A stretch of 64,000 bases of DNA from Podarcis vaucheri (Eukaryota): assembly GCA_965113315.1 (NCBI GenBank), contig OZ220377.1. One strand, 5' to 3'. Shown piece after piece: positions 1-14,400 of this stretch. The notes beneath the pieces were generated by a model. The model searched no databases. It was given only the letters and a program-made list of their open reading frames with translations, and was not told the DNA's origin. The position numbers were made by a program, and so were the translations under genes. Position 1 is the first letter of the stretch; each line of letters opens with the position of its first letter.

Positions 1-3
1 CAC

Positions 4-27
4 CGAGGCGGGCGGCGAGCTGGTCAT
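4..27 (-). CDS. HMBS: Probable first coding exon of hydroxymethylbilane synthase (housekeeping isoform); the rest of the gene lies outside the window
   Basis: Minus-strand ATG at 27 in a CpG island reads MTSSPPAS, then GTG at the window edge (possible phase-0 donor). The name rests on synteny only: HMBS follows VPS11 on the same strand in human and has a very short first coding exon. Confidence 0.5.
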
Positions 28-420
28 GCCGCTGGTGGCGCCGAGCAGCGAAGGGGGCCAGCAGGCAGGCGGGGCGAGGGCTGGAGGGGGTCCCGCTCTG
101 GGTCAACTAGGCGCTGCCGGTTCCATCGCCACTCCGCGGAGCCACGCATGCGCCTCCCCGTCTCGGACGTCACTTCCGGCCTCCTGTTCCTCCCACAGGC
201 GGCTTTCCATGAATGGGAGGTGGCTCCCGATGCCCCTTTATACCGTAATTACCGTCGACGCGGCGCACGCCCTTTTCGGAAACGCGAAGCCGGGGCCCCG
301 ATGTGTCGCTTCGCGCTCCGGTCCTTGCAGTGAGGCGCTGCACGTGGCTCCGGCCGCATATTTTACGGGCAGCGGAGCGTCTCTTGCCCGAGTACGCCAG
401 TTAGGCTTTGAAAGGGGCTG
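28..420 (-). promoter_or_regulatory. CpG-island promoter of the gene leaving the window (probably HMBS)
   Basis: CpG-rich; NRF1-like CGCATGCGC 145-153; ETS-CRE composite GCCGGAAGTGACGT on the minus strand at ~167-180. Confidence 0.65.
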
Positions 421-2241
421 GCCTAGATAGTATTATGCAAAATACCTGCAAATTGCCTTCAAAAGTGTCACGAGATTTATTCTAAAATTGAGGGAACGCT
501 GCTTGAAAGGCCTGGGAGAGCCGCTGCCAGCCAGCCAGCCAATGAGGCAGAAGAGCCAATGGTCTGGTTGGTGTATAGCTGCTTCCTGTGTAACTCTCTG
601 CTACAAGATGAGCTGACAACGAACGCTACCTTAAACGGAGAGGTCTCTCAGGCTTCTCATCCTGTAATATGGAGACCCCAGGTGCATAAGAAGTATATCA
701 CTGCATACTGAAAACGGGCCCCACTGACTGGTGTTCATCCCTGATGGTGCTGCAAATGAGTTTATTGGAGGTGGCCTAATTAGCAAGTGCAGCTGGCAGG
801 ATAGTAGACGAGTGTGGTGCTTGATTGGATCCAGCAAGGAAATTGGAATGTGTTTTATTAAAAGGGGATTGGACCAACTGATGGAAGTGAAGAGGTTTAA
901 CGATGCATATTAGGAACCCCAGCTCCCAAAGAGCATAACTATAAATAGTGTAAGAGCAGCTCTGCTGCTGTAGCCCACACACCACCTAGTCCTGTATGCC
1001 AGTAACAGCCCAACCAAGTGATAGCAACCAACCCCTTCACCCCTTTTACCAAACTTTTCTCTAAACCAGTCATTCCATCCATCATTTTGGGTACCCTTTT
1101 CTAACAATGTAATATTTTTTCCATAGATTGGTGTTGCAGCATTATGATATCAACAGTTTTCTTTTCGGTTTCTTTCCCAATGATCCCTAGCATGGAAGTT
1201 GTCCTTTTTCACAGCTACCACATGCTATGTCAACAACTTCACTGAACTATCCACTGCCACCCACAAGGTCTCATTCCTGGCAACTCACCATCAGATTCAC
1301 AGACCACGAGGTATATGTAAAATTAAGGTATTTTGTCCCAACATACATCAATTCATGGTTTAGGGTGAACTGCATTTTCCTCATTATCTCCAGAGAGAGA
1401 AAAGAGCAGGCAGCTGTGGGATGAAGCTCAAGCCTGCATCTAGCCTCAAAGACTATTTCCTCCCTCTGTGGTAGAAGATGGTGCCCCAAGAAAGATGGAG
1501 GAGCAGGAAGGAAGCTCCCTGTGGCTTGGAGCACAGTTCCAATTTATAATTGCTTTTGCAAAGTCAAGAACCAAGGAGGTGAAGTGACGGGGTGGTAGGA
1601 AGCTAATTGCAGCAGAGATGGGAGGAACCAGCTCAGATAACAGCCATCTGCCTGCAGGCCCAGCTTCTACTACCACCCACAAACTATACCAGAAATCTAA
1701 TCTTGAGCAAGATTAGTCACAGAACTGGGCCTTTTCTATGAGGCAGCTCCTCTGGGCTCTCGCAGAAATACCAAAGAATTGGGAAGGCGGGAGGGAGAGA
1801 GAGGCAGTTGTTCAGAAAGGAAGCAAGAGTATACATACATATACAGGAAGACCCATAGTTCTCTTCACCCACATTCACACACTTTATAGCTCAAGCAAGT
1901 AAACCGCTATTAAGTGAAGGGTTACAGAGATGTTAGTGCTGAACATTATTTACATCTTCAATCCACCTCCCCAGGAAAATAACTCTTCCAGTTCCAGAAT
2001 CCAGTCAGTTTAGTTCCACGCTGTATATCTTTGATGAGGGCAACACAGGCTTACTAGAGATCCTCCTCATACAGAGCCTGGAACACAAGAGGCACCAGGA
2101 AAAAGTTGGAGCGGAGAGCTCGTTTTCATCACACAGTCGTACAGGAGCCCACTGCTAATGCTGAAGCACCAGACTTTTTACCAGGAGACTTAACCAGCAG
2201 GCTGTAAGGCTTGGAGAAGGAGGCCTGGCTGTAGTCAGGCA

Positions 2242-2268
2242 AAATAATAATAATAATAACAATAATAA
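2242..2268 (+). repeat. (AAT)n microsatellite downstream of the VPS11 stop codon
   Basis: AAT tandem array with one interruption. Confidence 0.8.
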
Positions 2269-2448
2269 ACAAGCCAGAGTTCCTTTGGTCTCTCTCACTC
2301 TGTTTCCTAAGCCAGTTACGCAGCCCTCCTGGTCTTCAGTCAAATCCTACCCTCTTTTGGGTCACAGTGCACTAGAAAGAGAAGCTGATTGCATCACTCA
2401 TTCGGAGAGCCAAGGTCAGGGGACTGAAGGACACCCACCCACTGCCAT

Positions 2449-5400
2449 CTAAGTGCTCCGTTTTGTGTGTATCAGCAGCTCACGCTGCAAGCCCGCATCA
2501 AGTACCGCAGCAGATTTGCCTGGAGGAAGGTCTGTGATGAGGGTGAGCTTGTTGAAAACGCCTCGGCCAAAATAATCCGCAACCACAGAAAAGCTGTCAT
2601 TGGAGCATTTCATCTGTAAGATGGAACAAATAAAAGCTTCACTTTCGGGGGCGGTTAGGGTGGGAGATTCTATCATTTACTATACATTTTGGGAAATGGT
2701 TTGCCTCTATATGTTCGGCCACCTCTTGAGATATCATTGTCAAATTCAGCACGATGGTTCCAGTGGTGGGGCAATAGACTTCGTTGCTGTTTGGGCACAG
2801 ACGCCATTTTAAACCAAGATGGTGGACGGACCGAAACATGACTTTGGCATGTCCTCACCCAACATCCAGAGTTATGGGTTCAAACACAAATTACACTATG
2901 CATTTAAAACGACACAGTATCCCCCCCCCAAAAAAAAAAATAATTCCCAGGCAGGGCCGGGCACTCCCCACCAGTTGGATATAAAGTGTCATAATAAACC
3001 AGACTGGAAATCTAGCTAGGCAGCCAGGGAGCCCCACCTGGTGCTGGAACTGGTCGTGCAAGTCCCGCTTCTGCTCTTGAGCGCGGATCATGTCCATGAC
3101 TTTGCGGTTCTCTGGCAAGCAGGTGGGACACTCCGACCCACTCTCCGAGTAGCTCTCAAAGCAGTGCTGGTGGAAGGAGTGGCCACACAGAAAGTGAACT
3201 GAGGGCAGCTCCAAGGCACTGGTGCAAATGCTGCACTTGGTCTTCTGGAAGATCTTGGGACTGAGAAAAGGAAACACACAAGGGAAGGGCAAGGAAGAGA
3301 GATGGTTTTCAGGGACACACACATGCACAGATGTAACAGCATCACATTCCGATGATGCCCACATTGCATTTGGGCATCAAGCTTCTCCCCTGCCCTGGAT
3401 TCCAGGATTGCTACAGCAGCTGTTAAGAGCAGCTGTACTCTGGAAGATTGGCAGATGAATGAAGTCTCCTTTGGAGTCCCTTCCCGATCCATCTCAATCC
3501 CTTCCAAGGAACCACCTGGACTTGTTCATCACACTGCACCACCAAAGAGAGCACAATGGGCAGAAGGCAGGAAAGTGGCATGTGGCGATGTCTTGCTCCC
3601 TCTGGAGGCCACGTCTTATGGAGGTCAGACAGGCCTAGCAACATAGACTGCAGCTACCTGCTTTTGAGCTCCTCGATCTCCTTGCGGATCCGCTTAGTCT
3701 CCTCCCGGTACTTCTGAATCCTCTGCTCGTCCTGCTCAATCTGGCGGCTCTGCTTCTGCAGCTTGCTGACCAGGTAATCCTTGATGACAGACAGGGTGGC
3801 TGTGGAGTTATGAGCCAGAGTCTGCACAACTGGACAGGGGGGGGCAATCCATCAGCACAGGGAAGTAGAGGGAGTGGGGCAATTTATAGTACACCTGGGT
3901 GAGCACAAATCTACCTTGTCCCTTCAAACCACAAGGGAGGGGCCCTTCACCATTCTCTGTCCCATTCCACAACACTTCAGACCCTTTAAAGGTCAAGATT
4001 CAGACAGCAGAGGGCAATTTAAATGTTATCCATTGATAAAGGGTGGATCAGAAAAACAAATAAACCTTCAGCCAAAAGCATCACTAGCATCAAGAGTAAG
4101 AGCAGCATTGTGATGTTAACATATGAGAGAGTGCTGGAGGTGAATAGTTAAACAGGTTGCCCAGTCAGGACCCAGGGGGGTGGAGTCAGTGGGACTATAA
4201 AACCAGCTCTGGGAGGGGCAAAGGGGAGAGTTCCTTGGGGAGTTAGTTGAGTTCATTGGGAGTTGGGTGGTTGGTTGGAGTGGGAGTGAATTGGGCTAGA
4301 GTTGTGGGTAGGTTGAGTTAGTGTAGCGAAATAGGCTGAGTCAAGAACTGTTAGGGGCTAGGCAGACAAGTAAATATCTGAGAGGTGGTTTAGTGAGTGA
4401 GAGCAGGTAGCGAAAGCTATAGGTCTGGATAGGCACCCCATGAATGTAATTGACGGATACTGTTTATGAAACCACACACTTGTTAAACTGCAATAAATAA
4501 ACAAAAGTTTATGTTTCAATTTAATCTGACTGGACTCAGTATTGTCCTAGGTAGGGCCTGGGTGGTGGCAGCGAGAAATAAAGTGGTGGCACAGGGATCA
4601 ATAGACGGTGAAACATCCGGGGACCCTGTGTGATTGCCACAGAAAAAGAGGGCAATTTAAATTTGTTACCCATTGATAAAGGGTGGATCAGAAAAACAAA
4701 TAAACCTTCAGCCAAAAGCATCACTGGCATCAAGAGTAAGAGCAGCATCTGGCCTCCATAGGGTCTTGGAAGGCAGGTCATTCACATAAAGGGAGAGGCT
4801 GAAGGAAGCCCTGGATTTATTTAGCAGCTCTTTTGCTTGAGAGACTGGTTTTAATTTCCAGCTCCATCCACCCCAGAAGCTTCCCAAAGTCAAGCCTCTC
4901 AAGGAGACAGCCTCAGCCACCCCCACCCCCCGCCTGGAAGTGGAACCTCCCTCACCCAGCAGGGGCGGCATGAGATTCTTGGTCTCAATGTGCTTGAGCA
5001 CAGCTGTGATGTACTCTTTGCAGTCCTCCTCCTTATGGGCAAAGTAGCCGAGGGCTTGTTCCCAAAGGCAGGCCTCCTGGTCTCCGTACAGCTCACAGAC
5101 TTCCACCACCTTCTTGTACTGCTCGTTCTGCATGTGGTAGTGCATGATCTGCTGGAAACTGGGGAAGGAAGGGAGAAGAGGGCCCTTTCCACCAGGAGAC
5201 CAAATATAATGCCCTTGAGCCCACCTGCTGCTCTCCAAAAAGCTCCAGAAACCCTCTTCCAACCCTCCCCCAAAGAGTAGGAGGCTGCTGGCGCCTCTAG
5301 ACTCACAGCTTGCCCTGTTCATAGAGATACAGGACACCATCCTTGAAGTTGTGCATCTGGCACAGGACCAAAGCCTTATCGAAGACACTCCGAAACTTCC

Positions 5401-8400
5401 CACTCTTCAGCAAGGAAATGGCTTCGTTGTGCAGCCTCTCTTTAACCTACATGGAGCCCAAAGCCAAGAAAACATCAAGCTAATAAGCAGAGCTCTGCAG
5501 CAACCAGATCAGGCCAAAGGAGGCCCATCCAGTCCAGTATCCTGTTCTTACGGTGGCCAACCAGATGGCATAATGCAAGGAGAGCTAAATGCAACAGAAG
5601 CACTTTCCTGCTCTTGCCCACTGATTCTGGAGAGAGCATGCAACCATCAGGAATAATAGCATTGCCCTCCATGAATGTGTCTAATCCTTTTTTGAAGCCA
5701 TTCAAGTTGGTGATAATCACTAAATCACGTGGGAGTAGATTCCGTATTTTCTGTCCCATCTTCCCGTTTCTCTGCCCTGAATCTCCCACTATTCTGCTTT
5801 GCCGGATAACCCCAGGATCAAGAACTAGGAGATGGGGCAAGGGACACGGGTGGCTACTCCTTATTTCAAGAGTCTGATCCAGACACACACCTCCAAGCAA
5901 CTGTTCTGGCACTGCCCCAATAACCCTCCAACTTTGGCAGAAAATAATAATGAAACAGACATACTGCTGTGTGGTGGGTGGGCCCTAATTGGGTGTTTGT
6001 GTGGGTGCAAACTGTCCTCTCCCTGGTCACCCAACTGATCACTTTGTGTACAGAGAGGAAAAAATAATCTCCAATTTGCGGTTATCTGCATAGATGAGGT
6101 GTGTATGTGTGTGTGCAGGCAACAGTATGTGACAGTATCTGGTGAGCACCCACCGCTGGCACGCAGTTCCCTGCCCCCTGCAAAGGTTGACCAAGGTTCA
6201 ATGTGGCACTCAAAAAATGGGTTAGCCACCTATGTCACAGGCACCTTGAGCCAAAGCCCCATGAATTGAGCTTTTCTCTCTTGCCAGCTGGATTTTCACC
6301 GGGCAGGTCACCTTGCTGCCAGTGGCTTCCACCAGTCAACCTCCCCTGGGCACAACTAGAAATTTGACCCCAAGCGGAGGGAGGACTGACCTGTGGATCC
6401 TGCTCATGCGCCCAGTTCTGGAGGCGGAGCTCCAGCAGTGTGTCATACACGCCCTGTGGAGAGTCTGGCTGCACTTCTGACATGTGCTCTAGGAAGGCCT
6501 TCAGCTCCCGGGAGTTGTTGGCAAAAATGGGAATGAACTCATCAGGATTTGCCTATATTACAAAGAGAGAAGAGAGTGGGGAAATGCAGGCAGCAGCCAG
6601 CCTAGATGGAACATTCTGTGTCTCAGTTCTCCTGGCAGAGCCTTCGGCAGCCCCAAATGTCCCAGAGCTCCCCCCACAACACATGTGGGGAACCTTTGGC
6701 TCTCCAGACGTCGCTGAACTAGAACTTCCACCAGCCCCAGCAAGCAAATGGCCAGAGATGATGGGAGCTGTAGTTCAGCAACACCTGGAGGGTCAGTGAC
6801 TCCCCACACGTGCCCTACAAGGAGCCTAGCAAAGACTGGCTGGTGCTCAGGACACAGCAAGTATCAGCAAGTGCTATTGCAATAAACCCGGTATGAGGTA
6901 TGTGTGTGTGTTTGTATGGGGAAGGATGGCTTATCTGAACAGCAACCAGACAAGCAATAACTCTGCAAGCCACACAGGTCTGAGCCCTTTGCTGCCTCCC
7001 AGAGGTTGTTCAACATTCCTGCCTTCCAACCAGTTCAGTCGGTAGAGCACGAGGCTCTTAATCTCAGGGTTGCGGGTTTGAACCCCACTTTGGGCAACAG
7101 GGGTTGGACAAGATGATCCTAATGGTCCCTTCCAACTCTACAGTTCTATGACTCTGTTTGTCCCCCACAATACCCTGCAGGCTATCACCACTGAGCCTGC
7201 TTGCCCAGACTGTATTTTACACTTAGCATTTTGTTCACTTAATGCCTATTACTCCTCATCCCCCTGCTCTCCTTGGTGAGCACCATCCTCAGCTGCACAA
7301 GCAACGGGCAGCAACACACACACACACACACCACCCCGAATCCAGCCGATACCTTCCTCCCTTCCAGTGCTCCAGGACCCTCACGATCCCCCACCGGCTG
7401 GTAGTTCGTGCACAGGACCTTCAGGAGCTCAGTGGTCTCGTTCGGGACGTGATGCATGAGGATCTTGCCGTACCGCTTCATGTTGCTCTCGGCCTGCTCA
7501 AAGGGCAGCTTCCCAATGTAACGCAGGGCTTCCTGGTAGTTCTGCACAAAAGGAGGACAGGTGATAGGAGAGAGAGGTTGCTCTGGAGCCAATGTGTTGG
7601 CCTTCTGCCTTCAAGCAGAACAGCTTTCCCAAACCGGGTGCCCTCTGAATGTTTTGCAGGATAACTCTTCTTAGTCCTAGCCAGCACAACCGCTGTGTGA
7701 TGATGGGGGCTGATGGGAACTGTAGTCCAAAACACACAGGGAAATGTGTGCTGCAGAACTATCACACATGGAAAGTTTGTGAGATAAGTTTGCCAGCTCT
7801 GCCCCTCTCACCTCCATTCCTGTGGGTCCTCCGCATGCTGGATGCTGACCTTGCAAAGCGGGGAGCCTCCTGTACTCAAGGAAACTCTCCAATGCATTTT
7901 AGAACCCTGACTTCGGAGTTTAAAAGTACACAGGGAGCCTCAATAAGTACAAGAAGCTCACAGCTTCAGACAATTGGCCTCCAACTTGGAGGAGGGCAAC
8001 AGGAATGAAAATGAGGGGGGCAGAGCTAGCACTCCCATCCCCATGCCCCCCATCAGTAATAATTCTACGTACTGATAGGACACCTGAAGAGGGCTTCTGA
8101 CACAAGCATGGATAATACTCCCAGTGCAAGACAGGCTGAGCCAACTTCAGAAGCAGACCCCAGTTTCCCTGTATCTTGGGGTTAGAACTAAGTATTTGAA
8201 GAACTACCTATAGTGAGATGAAAACGCGAGCAGGACTTGAAATATGAGCAACAGCGTTCATTATTAAGATAAATAGGTTAACATGGATGTACAGTCGTAC
8301 CTTGGTTGCCAAATGCCTTGGAACTCGTACGTTTCGGCTCCCAAACAATCAAAAACCAGAAGTGAGTGTTCCGGTTTCCGAACGATTTTCAGAAGCCGAA

Positions 8401-11400
8401 AGTCCAGCGTGGCTTCTGACTGGCTGCAGGAACTTCCTGTAGCCAATCAGAAGTCACACTTTGGTTTCTGAATGTTTTGGAAGTTGAACGGACTTCAGAT
8501 TCCGTTCGACTTCCAAGGTATGACTGTACTGGATAGTATGCAGCATTCAAGGGTAAATGTGGAAACCATAGAAGGGGAGGATGAAAAGTCAATTGACAAT
8601 ATACCTTAATATATGGTCTATGTTATAGGTTTTTGTCTGTCTGTCTGTTTGTTTTTTGAGAATTTCAATAAATAATAAAGAGCTAAGCAGTATAGCCCTG
8701 CCTTTTATTCTCCATGGGAACAAGTCACACAGCTCCTCTTGCAAAACGCAGCACAGGAGCAGCTGCTCCACTTAATGTAAAAATCATGGCAAGCCCTTTT
8801 AAACTTGCTGCTGCAGCCTTGAGACCCCAAAAGTTTAACAACTAAGAAAGTGTTCGTAACAGGCCAAGTGAAAGACCCACGGGAGCCGGCAAGTTACCCA
8901 CCCTTACGCTAGTCTAACGCCTCTTTGTCTGCCATGTGGGAAAACAGATGTACACAGTCCCAAACTGTGGACACTACTATCCCCAGTGCAAAAAAGGGAG
9001 AATGTAGAGAAACATGGTCATCACACACACACCCCTCCCGAGCCAAAGCGCCTCTCAGGTTTCTCCAGCATCCAGATGCACTCCAAGAAGTCAGCTTTAA
9101 AAGCGGGAAGTGAAGCTCAGCACCAGGCAGGCTGTTTGGCCTCACCTTGATATCCTCCAGCTGGATCTTGAGGTACCACTCGTGGTGCGCATGCTTCTCA
9201 GCTAGGTACACGGCGTGGGAGTAGCAGCCTGCCTGACGCAGAACCTTGATGGCTGTCTCCACATCAAAGTGCACCTCGCTCTCACTGGTCTGTGTGGGGG
9301 AGGACAAAGCAAAGAAGGCATTCAGAAGGGGCACATCTACTGAGAAAGAGGAATGCCTCTGTATGTCTCCCATGAAACTGTAACATATTATGGCTGGAGC
9401 CAGAAGCAAAAGGTTGCCCCCTGAGACAAAGAGAAGGTCTCTGCTTCTTCCCTCCTATGAGGTTAAAAAGAAATAAGCCGCTCTTCCTGCAAAGGGAAGA
9501 CTTCTGATCCTTCTCAACTCCAGGACTGGAGGAAAGCACCCACCCAACCTCAAGCGGCCAAATGAAGGGTCCTTCAATTACCCGGAAGGCTTTCTCAATC
9601 TCTGCACTGGGAATGTGGAGCAGGCAGGCACCAAAAGTTATAGGATGGCTGCTCAAGCACACAAGCCCATTGAGGCATAATGCGGAAGGAGGAGCCAGCG
9701 CGCCAGGGCATCCACACCCTTCCCTGTTGTACCTTGATGAACTCCTCAAGCTTGGATATGTCTTTCAGCTTGGTGTAGCAATTCAGCAGCAGTGTTGTGT
9801 GGTCTGCGTTGGCCAATGACTGCAGGTGGAGCGTCTGCAAGTACGCAGTCAGGTTGTGTATCCTCTGAGCATCCAAGAACTTGCGGATGACGTAGGATGG
9901 CTCTAGTTTCCCAATGGTACTAGGGAGAAAGAGGACCCCATGAGGACCCTATTCCAGGTAATCAAAAGCCAAGAGAGAAGATGAGAAAGTGTGCATGTAA
10001 GCCCAACCTCGCATCTGGTTCTACAGAAGATCAGAAGGTGCAGCCACAATTTCCAACACAAGTAGGGCACGGGGAGAGGAGGTGGCTTGGAGTGCCAAAT
10101 TAAGTGGGGAGGGTGGAAATCAAAACTTGTAGTTCTCACAATTTGGGGCTGGAAAATTATCTTGGTCCGCCCCTCACATTGCCAAAGGTAGTGCAATCTG
10201 CTGATAAGCACCTCGCAATCTGAAAAGCCAGGAGCAACCACAGATAGATAGGCATTCCCTATATACTATCTCAGTAAATTAATCCCAGTCCACTAGGATC
10301 CAGAGAGCCAAACTCCATTTGGACGTGTCAGAGCTAACCAGGGCTCTGTGTGTTTGCAAACCACATTTGGATGGATTTAGTTCCCATCTCATGATGATTT
10401 CCCTGGTGAAGCAATTCAGAAAGGAAGCCAACAAGAAGGTGGCAGGTTGGTCAGATTCAAAATCCAGATTTGTGGCACCCAGATGCTTAGATAGCAAGGC
10501 CTCTGGTTTTTCTTCTCATCCCAACATGGTTGTAATTGAAAGAGAGGGAGGGAAGGAGGGCCAAAACTCCCCTATCCTGCCTACCGAATATATTGCTGAA
10601 TGGCGCCATCGTGGTTTCCCTTGTTATACAGATGGTCTCCATACTGGCGAAAGATCTCAGACAAGCCGTCACTATCCAGGTGGTGGCTCCTGGCCAGGTG
10701 AATGGCCATTTCAAAGAGGTTCTTCCTGAAGAGCATCTGTTGGAAGAGAAGTGCTTGCTTGCTTACAAATGTTGATGGGATCAACAGGGTTTTAAGGGTT
10801 ACCTTGACTATTTATAACCTTTGTTCCATGGGGAGCTGCTTAATTACTGGTGTCCTCAAGTATGGAATGCATACGGATGTATCATTTTGTGAATGCATAA
10901 CGACATGCATTTGCAGCTTTTGTAACTGTAAGAGGAGAAACAAGGGGCTCTAGGCCACAGCTGCTCCCTCCCCTCAGTGCCACATGGCACAGATGCTAGT
11001 TCAGAGTCACTTCCAGCCCCTTACTCAGGCTCCCTACGGAGCAACAGCAGACCACACCAACCTCCCACAAACTGGAGCCCTCCAAATGGTTGGGGCTACA
11101 GCTCCCCATCAGCCCCAGGCAGCACAGGTGTATGATGCTGGAACTGATGGTATTTGCAGTCCAAACAGTCTGGTGTAGGGCAACGTCTGGGCTTTGAGCT
11201 GCAGGCAGCTGTGAATAAGCTTTGCACCTCAGAACCCCACTAACCACAGAGGAGGAAGAAGCGACCAAGGTCCCTTGCCTCAAGCTTGGTTTGCGTGTCC
11301 TTCTCCTGCAGTGCATGGAGCTTCCCATCTCTGGTCAGCACATAGAGGCACCCCCACTCCGCCAGGACATCCACCACGTCGTCAAAGACAGAGCTGTATG

Positions 11401-14400
11401 CAATGAACTTGTTGCCCAAGTCATAAATATTCAGGATCTGCTTGTCAGAGTTTTGTGGATCACTCCCAGCAAATTCCGATCTGGAGTACAGAGGAGCAAA
11501 GAGTGAGGGACAGCCTCAGAGACAGCCTTTTAACTTTCACTCACAGGTCAGGAGTTCCCTTTCATGCATTGGATGAAAGAATGGTCCACACTCCAGTCTC
11601 AGAGAGTCTCAAACTGCTGGTCTTAACATTTCCAGGCAAATGTTAAAGTCAGCTGGCAGAGCCCTCTGAGAGTACCCGATGAATCTAAAAAACTAAGCTT
11701 TTGACCAAGCTTTTGCATTCCAGTGCATAAGATGCACCTGCCTCCTATTTCTCCCCCACAATATGTATGTCATCCTAACTGTTTCTGAGCCTTGGATAGC
11801 ACAACATATTGCCTTGCTGCAAAGTAGGGTTTCCCTACCCAACCCCAACCCCCGCATTCAGCCATTTGGACTTTTCATGACAGTCATCACATTCTCAAGA
11901 TTACTTGTACATATCCCACTTAGCATATTCAGAAAATCCGAAATCTGATAGGAAGCTGGAAAGGAAAGCCAGATTTAACACTGCCTGCAAATAGAGGTCA
12001 AAGGAAAACAATTCAAGTTATTCTGTCTTGCAGTTCTGTCTTACTTTGGAGAAGGCTTCCGTTCCTTGGAAACAATGACAAGGTAGCCCCGATACCAGTG
12101 GGCTATCAGCTTCTGGCCTTCGAAGGCAAAGCAGGGCCCACGCTCATCTGGCTGGTACAGATATACACATTCATCTCCTGCCACAATGAACTGGAGGTCC
12201 TGGGAGGGATCGCTGAGTGTGGAGCAGCGCAGCCCACAGCCACGTATGTCCAATTCTAGCTTCGGATAGTCCTTCACTGAAAGTGTGTAACACTGCAAAG
12301 TCCAAAGGAGGAGGACACAATGAAGCTTGGAAAGCCACAAGAACAGCTCAGAAACTGGGATGGAGCAGGGCATAACACACACACACCCCCCCCCTGGTGG
12401 TCAACGAAACATCTTACCTGGATGTTCTCTGTGGTGGCAATAAACAGATGTGTTGTTTTGCCAGACTGACGGAAGGCAAGGCCTGTAATTGGGTAACTGC
12501 CTTCATGAAGGATCTGACTTTTGCTGTGCCGATCTCTCGTGATGTCCCCTTTAGTGAGCACAACGCTCCCATCTGTAAAGCCTACAGCAGAAATGGGAAA
12601 GGGTGAATGCTGCATTCCATGAGACACCCCGGGAAAAAGCAGGCATTCTCTGCTATCGGAAGACATCAGGTAAGTCCACCAAATGGAAAGCTGAATTAGA
12701 TTAATATGAAAAGACGAAGGAGTACTCTCCCCAAAACAAAGTAGATCAATTTCTGCAAGATCAATTTCTCCTTTATGATTTTATGTCTGTAACTCACAGC
12801 AGCAATTTCATTTCCACTTACCAATGGCCATGAAGTTGAGATTCTCATGGACTGTGAGGCAGGACACAACTGTAGGCTTGTTGCCTGGTATTGCAGGGAA
12901 AATCCTGGTGCACAGAGGATTCCCACCATCACGCTTCTCTAGATTCCAGACTTTGACCTACAAGTTATTATAGGGGGCTTGTTGAGGAAAACCACCACAA
13001 ATTGCACCGATTCCCTTTTTATCTAAAAGTAAGTGCTACTGTGCATATAAGATGCACATTTCCCCCTTTCTCCAGTCAAACTCTGGGACCAGGAGTGCAG
13101 ACATATTTGCTGTGGAAAGAAAGGAGCCACATTTACTCTCCTAGCAGGAAGTCACTGCAGGGCAAATAGGCAGAAGGAGCAAGACACCCTTCTTTTGATC
13201 AGGCTTAAGCCAAATACAGTGGTACCTCTGGCTGCGAACGGAATCCGTTCCAGAGGCCCATTCACAACATGAAAAGAGCGTAACCCGCAGCAGTGCATCT
13301 GCTCATGGCAGGTTGCAATTTGCCGCTTCTGCGCATGTGCATGACATCATTTTGTGCTTTTGTGCATGCACGAGTGGCGAAACCCGGAAGTAACCCTTTC
13401 CGGTACTTCCGGGTCGCCACAGGAAATAACATGAAGCAGACATAACATGAGGTATGACTGTATGCACGAGTCAGAAAAATACAAAAAAAGACAAAATTCC
13501 TGAACACCTGAGTTAAAGGCTTAGATGACAAATAAATATTTAAAATTTCTAGATTCCAGCAGCAATGTTTTGAAGAACTGGTGGCCCACACTTATCTCAG
13601 CCTTGTCATCACAGAAGACTCCTCCTTCCCTACAACTAATCTCGCAAAAGCTTTCCATCAAACAGAAAACCAAGTCTGGCTTCCCTCAAACCAACTTACC
13701 AAAGGGTTAATGCCTTCTTCATCCTCCCCAACTGAAGCCAAGATGCTGTGCTGCTTCAACTGGTAGAGATGTGTCACTCTAAGCTTATAAGCTTGGAAGC
13801 TGCTGAGCTCAAGGTTGCGCAGCAGGAACCATATCTGCCCTTCCATATGTAGGTCTGAGTTAAGGAGTCCTCCCCATAAGAGAGCAGAAGGTACAAAAGG
13901 CTCAGTGGTTCGCTTCTAAAATCTTTTATCGCATTACGTTTATATCCCATCTTTCTTCCATGATGGAACTCAAATTGTTTCCGTAGCTGCCTCCCACCCA
14001 GACACTGAACAAGACCTGCATATCTGAGCTGGGTCAAAGGTTGGTGGTGAAGCACCTGCTTTGCATATAAAGGATTCTAGATTCAATCCCTAGAACCTCC
14101 AAGCAGGTAAAGGCTTCTACTTTCTGTCTGTTGGTCATCGTAGACTCAAGAGTGCCTACCTAACCTGTGGTTGCCCAGATGTTGCTGGACTTTTAACTGC
14201 CGTCAGTTTGGGCAATGGCCATGGTCAGCAGCAAGGGTGACAACTCAGTCACCACGATGTAGGGCCAATGCTTTCATCAGGCATCGCCTTATGTTCTTAA
14301 CATGAATAAACCCACGGGGCGGAGAGGAGGAATGCCTTCAGACTTTGGCAGAAGGCGAGCCATTGCTCCAGCTTACCCAAAACTCATGTCCGCTGACCGA

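Noticed and set aside
26-430. 134-aa plus-strand ORF
   Set aside because: CpG-island ORF with no recognisable homology; better explained as the promoter of a minus-strand gene.
7031-7096. tRNA-Lys(CTT) gene
   Set aside because: The 5' acceptor stem is missing, the T-loop is mutated (GGTTTGAA) and it runs directly into a SINE tail; the copy at 61025 is similar. It is a SINE head, not a tRNA.
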